This document shows, in pieces, positions 21,023 to 31,743 of a stretch of 64,000 bases of DNA (positions are counted from its first letter, which is position 1; the number at the start of each line of letters is the position of its first letter). The stretch is from assembly GCA_963663895.2 (NCBI GenBank), contig CAXXRD010000002.1, positions 1 through 64,000 on the forward strand, read 5' to 3'. The translations under genes were made by a program, and so were the position numbers. Source of the stretch: Dehalococcoidia bacterium (lineage in GTDB: Bacteria; Chloroflexota; Dehalococcoidia; Bin125). The notes below the pieces were generated by a model. It was not told the origin of the DNA and ran no database searches. It was given only the letters and a program-made list of their open reading frames with translations.

Positions 21023-21583
21023 CTAGTTGGGAGGCGTCCACGGCTGCATCCTGCCACCCAGCCGTTTGATCGCCTGATACCACAAGGCCGACGGCACAGC
21101 CGTCACCACGTCCCCGGGCTCGCTCTCCGCCACCATCCAGGCCCCGGAGTTCAACTCCGATTCCAGCTGCCCTCCCGCCCAGCCCGCGTGTCCGCTGAAC
21201 ACTCGCACGCCGCGCACCCGCGAGCCCAACGACTCCGGATCGCCCCGTAGGTCCACCATTCCCACCTGGGCAACGATCGGCCGCCAGCCCTCCTCTTCCT
21301 CTTCCTCTTCCGTCCCCAGCTCCGCCTCCGCCAGATCAACCAGAGCCAGCGCCGCCTCCCGTGACATCGGTCCTCCGATAAACACGACCCGCGGCGTGGA
21401 TGCCACGTCTGCCCATTGCGCCAGCGTCGTCTCCACGGCCATGTCGCTCGGCCGGTTCAACACCACCCCCAGCGCTCCCCGTTCGCTGTGATCCAGCAGC
21501 AGCACCACTGCCACGAAAAAGTTCGGGTCCCCCAAGGCGGGCGTTGCGACCAGCAGCTTCCCCTTCAACGACTCGTCAGCCAC
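21023..21583 (-). CDS. YqgE/AlgH family protein
   Basis: LLVATPALGDPNF, GALGVVLNRP, GGP and GHAGWAGGQLESEL motifs. GTG start at 21583. Confidence 0.9.
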   Translation of the reverse strand: MADESLKGKLLVATPALGDPNFFVAVVLLLDHSERGALGVVLNRPSDMAVETTLAQWADVASTPRVVFIGGPMSREAALALVDLAEAELGTEEEEEEEGWRPIVAQVGMVDLRGDPESLGSRVRGVRVFSGHAGWAGGQLESELNSGAWMVAESEPGDVVTAVPSALWYQAIKRLGGRMQPWTPPN

Positions 21584-21857
21584 GCCGATTCCGCCTTCGT
21601 ACCCGACCCTCCGCGGGCCCCATAGACCCCTGTCACCGGCAACGACGCACGTATCCCCATCGCCGACGCCCCGTCGCCAACGCCTAGAGTCTACCGTCGT
21701 CTCCCGCGCTCCTGCGCTCTCCCCCATAGGCCCCGCCGGTTGCTAGCCCAACACCCCACTCACTAGCATGCCGCCGGGCTCGCGCGCCCCAGCCGCCGCG
21801 TGCCAAGTAGCCACCGGCGATCCCGACCGAGAGACCCCAGCGGAGACGAGGCACAGC

Positions 21858-23951
21858 ATGGCGTCCGATACTCGCTACAAAATATCCGTCGACACCGGAG
21901 GCACCTTCACGGACCTTGTCCTCGCCAACCAGCAATCCGTCCTCGGCCTGTACAAATCTCCCACCACCGCCGCCGACATGTTCCACGGCATCAAGAGCGC
22001 CATGGACCTCGCCGCCGAGTCCAACGGTCTCAGCCTCCACGACCTGCTGGCCGCCACCGACGCCTTCGTCTATTCCACCACCGTCTCCACCAACGCCATC
22101 CTCGAAGGCAAGATCGCCAAGACCGCCTTCTTCGCAACCAAGGGCCATCCGGACAGTCTGCTCTACCGCGAGGGCGGTAAGTTCCAGTCCCACAATCTCG
22201 CCATGCCCTTCCCGGAGCCCTATGTGCCCCGCAGCCGCACCTTCGAGATCGAAGAGCGCATCCTCGCGGACGGCACCGTCTATCAGGAGATCGATGAGGA
22301 GCAGGTCAAGCGACAGATCCAGCGCCTGCATGACATGGGCATTGAGGCCGTCGGCGTCTGCCTCCTCTGGTCCCCCGTCAACCAAGACCATGAAAAGCGT
22401 GTCGGCGCCCTGCTCAATGAGTACGCCCCCAATATGGAGGTTACCCTCAGCCACCAGCTCAACCCCATCATCCGGGAATATCGCCGCGCCTCCGCCACCT
22501 GCATCGACGCCTCCATCAAGGCGCTCATGCGCGAGCACCTCACGAAAATCGACTCGCAGCTCCGCGAACTCGGCTTCCAGGGCGACCCGCTCATGGTCAC
22601 CCACATGTCCGGCGGCGTCCTCAATCTTGAGGAGATGGTCGTGCGCCCTCTCCACACTGTCGACTCCGGCCCCGCCCTCGCCCCCGTCGCCGGTCTCGCA
22701 TACGCCGAAGCCGATATCGACACCGACTACTCCGACCTTCTCGTCGTCGATGCCGGCGGCACCTCCTTCGACGTCAGCCTCACCCGTAACGGCTCCATCC
22801 TCTACACGCGCGAGAAGTGGCTCGGCGAAAAGTGGTCCGGCCACATGACCGGCCTGCCCGCCGTCGATACCCGCTCCGTGGGCGCGGGGGGCGGCTCCCT
22901 CGCCTATGTCGATGCCGGCGGCCTCCTCCAAGTCGGCCCGGAAAGCGCCGGCGCGAACCCCGGCCCCGCCTCCTACGACCTCGGCGGCGACCGCCCAACC
23001 GTCACTGACGCCGCCGTCGTCCTCGGCCATATCGACCCGGCCTACTTTCTCGGCGGCCGCATGACCCTAGACCCTGCTCTCGCGAAAACCGCCATCGATA
23101 CCCACGTCGCCGCCCCCCTCAACCTCTCCACCGAAGCCGCCGCCCAGGCCATCATCACCGTCTCCTCGGAGCGCATGCGCGGCTTCATCAGCGAGATGAC
23201 CATCTCCCAAGGGCTCGACCCCCGCGAATCGCTGATGATCGCCGGCGGCGGCTCCGCCGGCCTCACCATCGTCGGCATCGCCCGTGAGCTCGGCGTCTCC
23301 CACGTCCTCATCCCCAAGCTCGCCGCCGGCCTCAGCGCCATGGGCGGCCAGTACTCGGACCTCATGGCCACCTTCTCGCGCGGCTGGCACTCCACCTCCA
23401 AGGACTTCGACGCCGAGGGCGTCAACAACGCTCTCCGGGATATCGCCAACGACATGGACGACTTCTTCCAGCGCGTCAACATGGAGGGCGAGCAGATCCG
23501 GCAGTTCATCTGCGAGGCCCGCTACGTGCACCAAGTCTGGGAACTCGACGTCAGCCTCGGCGGCAAGGGCCGTATCGAAGGCGACGCGGACCTCAAAGCG
23601 CTCCAGGACGAGTTTGACCGCGTGCACATGGAGCTCTTCCACGTCAACCAGCCCGGCCACGAGATCGAAATGATCAACTGGCGCGGGGAGGCTCGCGTCC
23701 GCCTCCCCCGCCCCGAGCTCCTCGGCAGCAGCGGCGGCGACGGCGGAGGCGGGCAGGCCAGCCAGCGCACGGCCTACTTTGAGGGCCAAGCCCTCGACAC
23801 CGCGATCTACACCGGCGCCTCTCTCGCCCCCGGCACCACGATCGACGGCCCCGCCATCATCGAAGAGCCCACCACCACCATCGTCGTCATCCCCGGCGCC
23901 CAAGTCACCGTGCGCCCCGCGCACTATCTCGTCCGCGTCGGCTCGGACTAG
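21858..23951 (+). CDS. Hydantoinase A / 5-oxoprolinase ATP-binding subunit (HyuA/OplA-like)
   Basis: DTGGTFTD, STTVSTNAILE, SGPA, DAGGTSFD, VGAGGGS, VGPESAGA.PGP and GPAIIEEPTTT motifs. Confidence 0.93.
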   Translation: MASDTRYKISVDTGGTFTDLVLANQQSVLGLYKSPTTAADMFHGIKSAMDLAAESNGLSLHDLLAATDAFVYSTTVSTNAILEGKIAKTAFFATKGHPDSLLYREGGKFQSHNLAMPFPEPYVPRSRTFEIEERILADGTVYQEIDEEQVKRQIQRLHDMGIEAVGVCLLWSPVNQDHEKRVGALLNEYAPNMEVTLSHQLNPIIREYRRASATCIDASIKALMREHLTKIDSQLRELGFQGDPLMVTHMSGGVLNLEEMVVRPLHTVDSGPALAPVAGLAYAEADIDTDYSDLLVVDAGGTSFDVSLTRNGSILYTREKWLGEKWSGHMTGLPAVDTRSVGAGGGSLAYVDAGGLLQVGPESAGANPGPASYDLGGDRPTVTDAAVVLGHIDPAYFLGGRMTLDPALAKTAIDTHVAAPLNLSTEAAAQAIITVSSERMRGFISEMTISQGLDPRESLMIAGGGSAGLTIVGIARELGVSHVLIPKLAAGLSAMGGQYSDLMATFSRGWHSTSKDFDAEGVNNALRDIANDMDDFFQRVNMEGEQIRQFICEARYVHQVWELDVSLGGKGRIEGDADLKALQDEFDRVHMELFHVNQPGHEIEMINWRGEARVRLPRPELLGSSGGDGGGGQASQRTAYFEGQALDTAIYTGASLAPGTTIDGPAIIEEPTTTIVVIPGAQVTVRPAHYLVRVGSD

Positions 23952-24064
23952 CGAGCGAACCCCGTGCCGCCAACGTCCAGCGACGCGTCCGATTCGCCCC
24001 ATGCCGATGAGCAATGACCGCCCGCGCGCAGCAACCGTCCGGCGGCCCCGCCTCAGGAGAAGTC

Positions 24065-25867
24065 ATGTCTGACCACGACGCGCGAACGATCGACCCGGTG
24101 CAACTCCTGGTCATGGCCAACCGCATCGACGGCATCACCCGCGAGATGACCAACACCCTCGTCCGCACGGCTCGCTCCACCACCCTCGCCGTCCGCGACT
24201 TCTCCACCTCCATCTCCGACGTCAACCATCAACTCTTTGCCGCCCCCGAAGGCATACCTTGCCATGTCTACGGTTCCGGCCTCCTCTGCGAAACCATGGC
24301 CGAATACCACCCCGACTTCAAAGAGGGAGACGCCTTTCTCCACAACGACCCTTACCTCGGCAACTCCCACCCGGCCGACCACACCATCCTCGTCCCCGTC
24401 TTCTTCGAAGGCGAGCACGTCTTCACCACCTGCATCAAGGCGCATCAAGCCGACTGCGGCAACGCCCTGCCCACCACCTACATGCCCAAAGCCATTGATG
24501 TCTACGCCGAGGGCGCGCTCATCTTCCCTTGCGTCAAGATCCAAGAGGATTACCAGGATGTGGGCGATATCGTCCGCATGTGCCAGAAGCGCATCCGCGT
24601 CCCCGAGATCTGGTACGGCGACTATCTCGCCATGCTCGCCGCCGGCCGCGTCGGCGAGCAACGCATCAAGGAGTTCTGCCAGAAGTACGGCCTCGAGACC
24701 GTCAAGCGCTTTCAGAGGGAATGGCTCGACTACTCCGAGCGCATGGCCGATGCCGAGATCCGCAAGCTCCCCAAGGGCACGGTCCACGGCGAAACCGCGC
24801 TCGATCCCTTCCCCACGCTCCCCGACGGCGTCCCCATGCAGGTCGATATCGAGGTCGATCCGGACGCCGGCTTCGTCCACGTCGACCTCACCGACAACAT
24901 CGATTGCACCCCCGCCGGCATCAACCTCAGTGAATCCACTGCCATCAACTGCGGCGTCACCGGCGTCCTCAGCGTTCTGAACTCCAAGCCGGAAGCCAGG
25001 AACGTCACCGTCCCCAACAACGCCGGTGCTTTCCGCCGCATCCCCGTCCAGGTCCGCGAGAACTGCGTCGTCGGCATCCCCCGTCACCCCTCCTCCTGCT
25101 CCATGGCCACCAACACCGTCGCCGACCGTTGCCTGGGCATGGTGTACTCCAGCATGAGCCAGCTCGGCGACGGCATCGGCCTGGCCGAGCCTTGCTTCGG
25201 CTCCGGCCCCTACCAGGGGGTCGTCTCCGGCTATAACCGCAAGCGCGATGAGCCCTTCGTTCTCCAGATCTTTTCCGGCACGGCCGGCGGCCCCGCCGGC
25301 CCCCAATCCGACGGCTGGCTCACTTTCCTCATCGCCAACGCCGGCGGCATGGCCTACTTCGATGAAACCGAGGTCATCGAGCAGAAATATCCCTTCGTCG
25401 TTTGGGACTCCTACGTCCGCGTCGATTCCGAAGGCGCCGGCCGCCAGCGCGGGGCTCCCGGCAACGTCTGCGTCTACGGGCCGCTCCCGGACCAGAACGC
25501 CATCGAGGTGCACTACTCCCTGGACGGCATGATCACCCCGCCCAAGGGCGTCCGCGGCGGCGGCGACGCTCTCGGCAACGAGGTCTGGCTGCAAGGGCCG
25601 GACGGGAGCGAGCGGCATCTCCCCGACATGGTCGGCGAGCAGATCGTCGACTCCGGCGAGCGCCTCATCTCCCTCTCCACCGGAGCAGGCGGCTACGGCG
25701 ACCCCAAGACTCGCGACCCGCAAGCCGTCCTCACCGACGTCGCCGAGGGCTACGTCACCCCCGAGCGCGCCCGCACGATCTACGGCGTGGCCCTGGCGGG
25801 GGACGCGAGCAAGGTTGAAACCCTGCGGATCGATGAGGCGGCCACCGTTGCCCTGCGCCCCCGCTAA
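24065..25867 (+). CDS. Hydantoinase B / oxoprolinase catalytic subunit, paralog B1
   Basis: NDPYLGNSHPADH, KAHQAD, EG..FP, DSEGAGRQRG and GGYGDP motifs. AGGAGA SD before ATG 24065. Confidence 0.93.
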   Translation: MSDHDARTIDPVQLLVMANRIDGITREMTNTLVRTARSTTLAVRDFSTSISDVNHQLFAAPEGIPCHVYGSGLLCETMAEYHPDFKEGDAFLHNDPYLGNSHPADHTILVPVFFEGEHVFTTCIKAHQADCGNALPTTYMPKAIDVYAEGALIFPCVKIQEDYQDVGDIVRMCQKRIRVPEIWYGDYLAMLAAGRVGEQRIKEFCQKYGLETVKRFQREWLDYSERMADAEIRKLPKGTVHGETALDPFPTLPDGVPMQVDIEVDPDAGFVHVDLTDNIDCTPAGINLSESTAINCGVTGVLSVLNSKPEARNVTVPNNAGAFRRIPVQVRENCVVGIPRHPSSCSMATNTVADRCLGMVYSSMSQLGDGIGLAEPCFGSGPYQGVVSGYNRKRDEPFVLQIFSGTAGGPAGPQSDGWLTFLIANAGGMAYFDETEVIEQKYPFVVWDSYVRVDSEGAGRQRGAPGNVCVYGPLPDQNAIEVHYSLDGMITPPKGVRGGGDALGNEVWLQGPDGSERHLPDMVGEQIVDSGERLISLSTGAGGYGDPKTRDPQAVLTDVAEGYVTPERARTIYGVALAGDASKVETLRIDEAATVALRPR

Positions 25868-25976
25868 GCCGGCCCCGCGCGCCGGCCTGCCGAGGCGGCG
25901 CCGGTTCCGCCGCGCCGAATAGCGCCGCCGCCAGGGCCAGCCCGGCCGCGCCCGCCGCTAGGACACTGGTAGATTC

Positions 25977-28665
25977 TCACGGGGCGTTAGGCGGCTCGAA
26001 GAGACTGCGGGCGATGGCAATCATGTTGTCGATATTGCTTCCAGAGAGAGAAGTGTTAAGCCCATAGAGCTCGTATTCGCTCTGGGTGGCGGGGTCATAG
26101 ACCCACAGCAAGGTGATGCTACGGGGGTCACTCGTTGGCCCCGGTGGGCTGTAGAACACCTGCGCGGGGCGGCCAGCGATCACCCGGGTTTCAGTGACCG
26201 TCAAATTGGCACCGGCGTTGGGTCGCTGGGCCGCCTCCCTTACCCAGCCCGAACTACTGAGATGACTAGCCGTGATTTCGAGACCAGTGCCGCCTTGGGG
26301 AGAGCGGTAGTAGGCGCGGTATCCGTAGAGGTTGATCTCCGAAGTCTGCACGACCCCGGCGAAGGTCCAGCCCTCGGGCAGGGCGGGTACCCGCCAGTAG
26401 GGGAGTTGGCGCGCGGCGGCCACGGTCGTCGCCCGGACGGCCTCGTAGGGGTTCTGCGCCGGGGGAAGGCCATGGTACGTGTAGTACTCGGTCTCGCCCG
26501 TCCAGCCTTCAGGCACGATCTGGAAAGGCCCATGCCGGATGGGCACGGTCAGGCTCTCCCCCCCAGATCGGGGAGCCCCTCCCACTGCCAGGTCGCGGGG
26601 GCGGCCGCGATGGGGCCGCTGCAGCCGGTGAAGGCGTAGGTCATCCAGGCCACGCCGATCTCCCGATAGGCCGTGCTCGCGGCCGGATCGGGGGCGGCCG
26701 TCACCTGGTAGCGCACGAAGCAGTCGGCGGCCTGCTTCCACTCGACCAGGTCGCCGGGCTGGACGGCGGCGTAGAGGGCGGCCCGGTCGGCGCCGCCAGC
26801 GTCGGCTGGGTGGATCCGCAGGGTCGTGGCCGTGCCGTCGCGCAGCCCCTCGTAGGTCGTGATCACGCTGGCCGGATCGGCTGCATCCGCCAGGAAGGCG
26901 TAATGCCCCGGCTCCACCACCGCCCCGATGAGATCGTAGGTGTCGTAGCGGAAGGACCGGGGTGCGGGCTCTCCCGGCGCGGGCGGCTCCGGGATGGGGG
27001 CTTCGGGCGGCGTGGTGGGAGGTTGCGGCGTCTCCGCCGGCGGGGGCGACACGGCCGCCAGGAACTTGCGGATGAGCGCGATCAGCTCGGTCGGGTCGTT
27101 GCCTTGCGATCGCCGGCCGCCGGTGGCCGCGATGATGAGGTCGGTGGCCTCGTCGTACACGATGACACTATTGACTGCGTGGGAGGTGATGTCCCACTCG
27201 CGGTCGTGTCCTACCCAGGCCGGCCGGCCGTCGAGGAGGAAAAACTCCTGGACCCAATCGGTGGCCGCGTTATCGATGAAGCCGACGCGGAAGGGCGAGA
27301 CCAGCAGCGGGTAGATACTCACCATCAGGGTGCCGCCGTCGCTGTGGCTGTAGAACCCCCGCAGGTTCACCTCGTACTCTCCTGGCACGACATTCCCGGT
27401 CCAGCCCGGGCCCAGGTCGGGATCGGGCATCTCGTCCATCGCTGGGGGCCAGGGGCCGGTATCCGGGATCCTGGGCGTCGGCTCGGGCAGGGTGGTCGCG
27501 GTCCACCCCGTGGGCGCAACCACAACGGGCCCGTGCCAGATGGGGACGGTGATGTTGCCGCGCTGGACCAGGGTCGGCGTCCAGGTGAAGGCGGGGCTGC
27601 CGGTGGCGCGGATGGCGCCGCTGCAGCCGGTGTAGGCGTGGGAGTAGGCCTTGACGGCCAGCAGCTTGCGCGGCGGTGAGCCGCTGGGATCATCCTTGAC
27701 TTCAGCCACCTGATAGCGCACCCAGCAGTCGGCGGCCTGGCGCCACTCGACCAGATCGCCCGCCTGCACGAGGGCGTAGAAGTCGGCCTGCGAGGTGCCG
27801 GCGCCGTCGTTCTGGTGGATCACGAGGCCCGTGGTGGTGCCGTCGCGCAGCCCCTCGTAGGTGGTGACCAGGGTCGTGAGGTCGGCGGGATCGGAGAGGA
27901 AGGCGTAATCGCCGTCGTCCGTGACGCTCCCCGTCGTCGTGGGCGCGCCGTAGGACAGGGTCTCGGACCGCAGATCGCAGGGATCCAGGTTGAGCTGGGC
28001 CACGTCGTTGCGCGTCACCTGGGTCAGATCCCGGGGCAGGCAGCCCGTGAGGTCGTTCTCGGAGAGGAAGAGGTCGGTCAGGGGGAGATCGGCCAGAGCC
28101 CGGGCGGGATCGCGCCCGTGAGGCGGTTGTTGTAGAGGAAGAGCCCCTGCAAATGGGTCAGGGTCGCCAGCTCCGCCGGGATCGCGCCCGCCAGGTAGTT
28201 GCCGTCCAGCGTCAACTCCCGCAGCCCCGTCAGGCTCCCCAGCTCGGCCGGAATGGCCCCCGTCAGCTGCCGCGTCCGCAGGTCGAGCCCGGTCACCCGC
28301 TGGGGCGTGCCGCCCAGGGTGACGCCGGCCCAGCTGGTCAGGGCGGTGGCCGCGTTCCAGTTGAGCGCGCCCGTACCGCGCAGCGTGTCCTTGGCCGCCA
28401 GCAGGGCGGCGCAGTCCGCCCCCAGGCCGGTGTTGGTAGCGGGGTCGGCGCCCAGCGTGGTTTCCGTGCAGGTCGCCGGTGGGGGTTCGGGCTCGGGCTC
28501 CGGCTCGGGTTCGGCAGGCGTGCTGGCCGAGGCCGTGCCGGCCGAGGCCGTCGCGGGCGGCTCGCCCGGCGTGCCGGCCGGCGCCGGGGCGGGCGGGCTC
28601 TCCGGGGGCGGCAGGCCGAGGCCGGCGGCGAGCAGGAGGATCGTCCAACGGCGGGCGCGTGTCAT
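25977..28665 (-). pseudogene. Secreted LRR surface protein with two tandem repeat modules, split by two frameshifts (pseudogene, phase-variable gene or assembly error)
   Basis: Signal peptide, Pro-rich linker and plant-type LRRs (LTGAIPAELGSLTGLRELTLDGN) in frame 28665-28100. Continues in the 26549 frame (LADLPLTDLFLSENDLTGCLP) and then in the 25977 frame. The shifts fall at CCCGGG ~28100 and at a G7 run (C7 on + strand, 26558-26564). Confidence 0.8.
26614..27952 (-). repeat. Two homologous ~110-aa domains within the LRR protein (~27617-27952 and ~26614-26954)
   Basis: Both copies contain G.YAFL.D.AD....TTYEGLRDGT, GDLVEW.QAADC.VRYQV and TGCSG, each followed by TVPI.HGP...P.GWT. Confidence 0.85.
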
Positions 28666-28918
28666 GGCATGGTGCCCCCGCGGTCTTATCCAGCTTAACG
28701 CCGCCGCCGAGGGTGGGGTTCCGCCCGTCCCACCCGACCGGATGCCGGGGGCCGCACGGCGGGTTGGAGGGCTCGCAGAGGCCGCGGGCGATGGCGAGAA
28801 CGGCGCCGCCGTTGGGCTCCCGCTTCCCTATCGCGAACCCGGCCAGCGGAACGTTCGCGGTACGGTAGGATTGGCCCACTCAGCGGCGCGCGGTGCGCCA
28901 TCACGATCGAGGAAGGCC

Positions 28919-29317
28919 ATGCCCGTCCCCAAGCAGATCATCATCCCCGACCAGCTCCGCCTGCCCGCCGAGCGCTTCAACTACTCCCCCGGCATCAAGG
29001 TCGGCAACACCCTGTACATGGCCGGCCAGGTCGGCCGCGATGCCGAGATGCACGTCGTCGAAGAGACCGAAGCGCAGTTCGTCCAAGCCCTGGAGAACGT
29101 CGGCTCCATCCTCAAGGAGGCCGGGGGAGACTTCTCCGACGTCGTCGAGCTGGAAACCTGGTTCGTCGATATTGAGCGCGACTTCCCCATCTTCCTCCCC
29201 ATCAAGGACCGCTACTTCACCGGCCCCCACTACCCCACCTGGACCGCCTTCGAAGTCGGGGATCTCGTCATGGGCCTCAAGATCGAGATCAAGTGCATCG
29301 CCGTCCTGGATGGCTAG
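28919..29317 (+). CDS. Rid (YjgF/RidA) family protein, non-Arg subtype
   Basis: YSPGIKVGNTLYMAGQVG, LKEAGGDFSDVV and PTWT..V..L....IEI. Trp occupies the RidA catalytic Arg position. Confidence 0.88.
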   Translation: MPVPKQIIIPDQLRLPAERFNYSPGIKVGNTLYMAGQVGRDAEMHVVEETEAQFVQALENVGSILKEAGGDFSDVVELETWFVDIERDFPIFLPIKDRYFTGPHYPTWTAFEVGDLVMGLKIEIKCIAVLDG

Positions 29318-29327
29318 AAGATCCCCC

Positions 29328-29726
29328 ATGAGCACGATCCGGCGCGAATTCATCGTTCCCGACGACCTCAAAGCCGTCCACGACCGTTTCCACTACTCTC
29401 CCGGCGTCCTCGTCGGCGACACCCTGTACATCGCCGGGCAGCTCGGCCGCGACCAAGATCTGAATCCCATCCGCGACCGCGCGGCGCAGTTCAGCGCCGC
29501 CTTCGAGAACGTCGGCAAAGTCCTCCATGCCGCCGGCGCCGACTTTCGCCACGTCGTCGAGCTCGAAACCTACTTCACCCACTTCCAGGAGGATTTCCCG
29601 ATCGTTCTCGCCATCAAGAACCGCTACTTCCCCACGGACGGCCCGCACTGGACCGGCTGGGAAGCCCGCAAACTCGTCATGGGCCTCCGCTTGGAAGTCA
29701 AATGCACCGCCGTTCTCACGGACTAA
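29328..29726 (+). CDS. Rid (YjgF/RidA) family protein, non-Arg subtype (tandem paralog)
   Basis: YSPGVLVGDTLYIAGQLG, AAGADFRHVV and PHWT....LEVK. Clear paralog of 28919-29317. Confidence 0.87.
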   Translation: MSTIRREFIVPDDLKAVHDRFHYSPGVLVGDTLYIAGQLGRDQDLNPIRDRAAQFSAAFENVGKVLHAAGADFRHVVELETYFTHFQEDFPIVLAIKNRYFPTDGPHWTGWEARKLVMGLRLEVKCTAVLTD

Positions 29727-29862
29727 GGGCGGGGGGCGGCGGCACGGCCGATGGCTTTGGCAGGCCGGAGATGACCCGGTGGGCCAGCCGCTCGTGTGGC
29801 CGCTTCGGCAATGCTTCCATCCCGCCCCAACGACACGCCCCAAGCAGCGGACGCGCCTAGCG

Positions 29863-31641
29863 ATGGACCCCATCCAACTGCTCGTCATGGCCAACCGCAT
29901 CGACGGCATCACCCGCGAGATGACCAACACCCTCGTACGCACCGCCCGCTCCACCACCCTCGTCGCCCGCGACTTCTCCACCTCTATCTCCACCGCAGAC
30001 CACGAGCTCTTCGCCGCGCCGGAGGGCGCTCCCGTCCACGTCTACGGCTCCGGCCTCCTCTGCCAAACCATGGCCGACCTGCACCCCGACTTCCAAGAGG
30101 GCGACGCCTTCCTCCACAACGACCCCTACCTCGGCAACACCCACCCCGCCGACCACACCATCATCGTCCCCGTCTTCTACGAAGGCGCACACGTCTTCAC
30201 GACCTGCGTCAAGGCGCACCAGGCCGATATCGGCAACGCCCTCCCCACCACCTACATGCCCAACGCCGTCGATGTTTACGCCGAAGGCGCCCTCATCTTC
30301 CCCTGCGTCAAGATCCAGGAGCACTACCGGGACGTGGGCGACATCGTCCGCATGTGCCGCAAGCGCATCCGCGCACCCGAGATCTGGTACGGCGATTACC
30401 TCAGCATGCTCGCCGGCGCCCGCGTCGGCGAGCAGCGCCTCAAAGAGCTCTGCGCGAAGTACGGCCCCGAAACCGTCCAGACCTTCGTCCAGGAATGGAT
30501 GGACTACGCCGAGCGCATGGCCATCGCGGAGATCAGGCGTCTTCCCGCCGGCCGCATCCAAGCCGAAACCACCATGGACGCCTTCCCCCGCCTGCCGGAC
30601 GGCCTCCACATCGAAGCCGCCATCGACGTTGACCCCGCCGCCGGCCAGGTCACCGTCGACCTGCGCGACAACCCGGACTGCACTCCCACCGGCCTCAATC
30701 TCAGCGAAGCGACCGCCATGAACTGCGGCATCACCGGCGTTCTCACCGTCCTCAACTCCAAGCGCAGCGCCAAGGCCCCCATCGTTCCCCAGTGCGCAGG
30801 CTCCTTCCGCCCCATCAAGGTCCTCCTGCGCGAGAACTGCGTCGTCGGCATTCCCCAGCATCCCGTCTCCTGCTCCATGGCCACCAACACCGTCTGCGAC
30901 CGCGCTCTCGCCATGGTCTACTCCGGCTTCTCCCAGCTCGCCGACGGCATCGGCCTCGCCGAACCTTGCTGGGGATCGCCTCCCTTCCAGGCCGTCGTCT
31001 CCGGCTATAACCACAAGCGTGGTGAGCCCTATGTCGCTCAACTCTTCTCCGGCACCGCCGGCGGCGCCGCCTCCGCCGAGTCCGACGGCTGGCTCACCTA
31101 CCTGCTTCCCAACGGCGGCGGCCTCAACTACGTCGACGAATGCGAAGTCGTCGAGCAGAAATATCCCTTCGTCCACTGGGACTGCCGCGTCCGTCTCGAC
31201 TCCGAAGGCGCCGGCCGCACCCGCGGCGCCCCCGGCAACGTCAGCACCTTCGGTCCCCTCCGCAACCCCATGGACGTCCACTACTCGCTGGAGGGCCGCA
31301 CCAACGTCCCCCGCGGCGTTCGCGGCGGCGGCCCCTCCCTCGGCCCCGCCGCCGCCATCTACCGCGCCGGCGGCGCCTTCGAGCCCCTCCCCAATATGGT
31401 GGGCGAGCAGACCGTCCAGCCCAACGAGCGCATCGTCTCCTACTCCGCCGGCGGCGGCGGCTACGGCGATCCGCACCAGCGCCCGGCCCAGGCCGTCCTC
31501 AACGACGTCGTCGAGGGCTACGTCTCCGTCCGTCGCGCCCGCGAGATCTACGGCGTCGCCCTCACAGGCGACCCCACCAAAGTGGAAACCCTCCAGATCG
31601 ACGGCAGGGCGACCACCGATCTGCGTGCGAGATCGCCATGA
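29863..31641 (+). CDS. Hydantoinase B / oxoprolinase subunit, paralog B2
   Basis: Same motif set as B1 (NDPYLGNTHPADH, KAHQAD, DSEGAG, GGGYGDP). ATG at 29863. Confidence 0.93.
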   Translation: MDPIQLLVMANRIDGITREMTNTLVRTARSTTLVARDFSTSISTADHELFAAPEGAPVHVYGSGLLCQTMADLHPDFQEGDAFLHNDPYLGNTHPADHTIIVPVFYEGAHVFTTCVKAHQADIGNALPTTYMPNAVDVYAEGALIFPCVKIQEHYRDVGDIVRMCRKRIRAPEIWYGDYLSMLAGARVGEQRLKELCAKYGPETVQTFVQEWMDYAERMAIAEIRRLPAGRIQAETTMDAFPRLPDGLHIEAAIDVDPAAGQVTVDLRDNPDCTPTGLNLSEATAMNCGITGVLTVLNSKRSAKAPIVPQCAGSFRPIKVLLRENCVVGIPQHPVSCSMATNTVCDRALAMVYSGFSQLADGIGLAEPCWGSPPFQAVVSGYNHKRGEPYVAQLFSGTAGGAASAESDGWLTYLLPNGGGLNYVDECEVVEQKYPFVHWDCRVRLDSEGAGRTRGAPGNVSTFGPLRNPMDVHYSLEGRTNVPRGVRGGGPSLGPAAAIYRAGGAFEPLPNMVGEQTVQPNERIVSYSAGGGGYGDPHQRPAQAVLNDVVEGYVSVRRAREIYGVALTGDPTKVETLQIDGRATTDLRARSP

Positions 31642-31743
31642 GGCCCACGAACCCAACCACCGTGTACTCCGACCCGTCCGCCCGCGCGGGCCGCGACGCA
31701 TCCCCGATCACGGAGCGTCCTCGGTGAGCACGACCAGCTAGCG

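Noticed and set aside
31638-31727. 29-aa ORF coupled to the B2 stop (MRPTNPTTVY...)
   Set aside because: No SD or recognisable features. It could be a chance ORF or a shifted N-terminal extension of B3.
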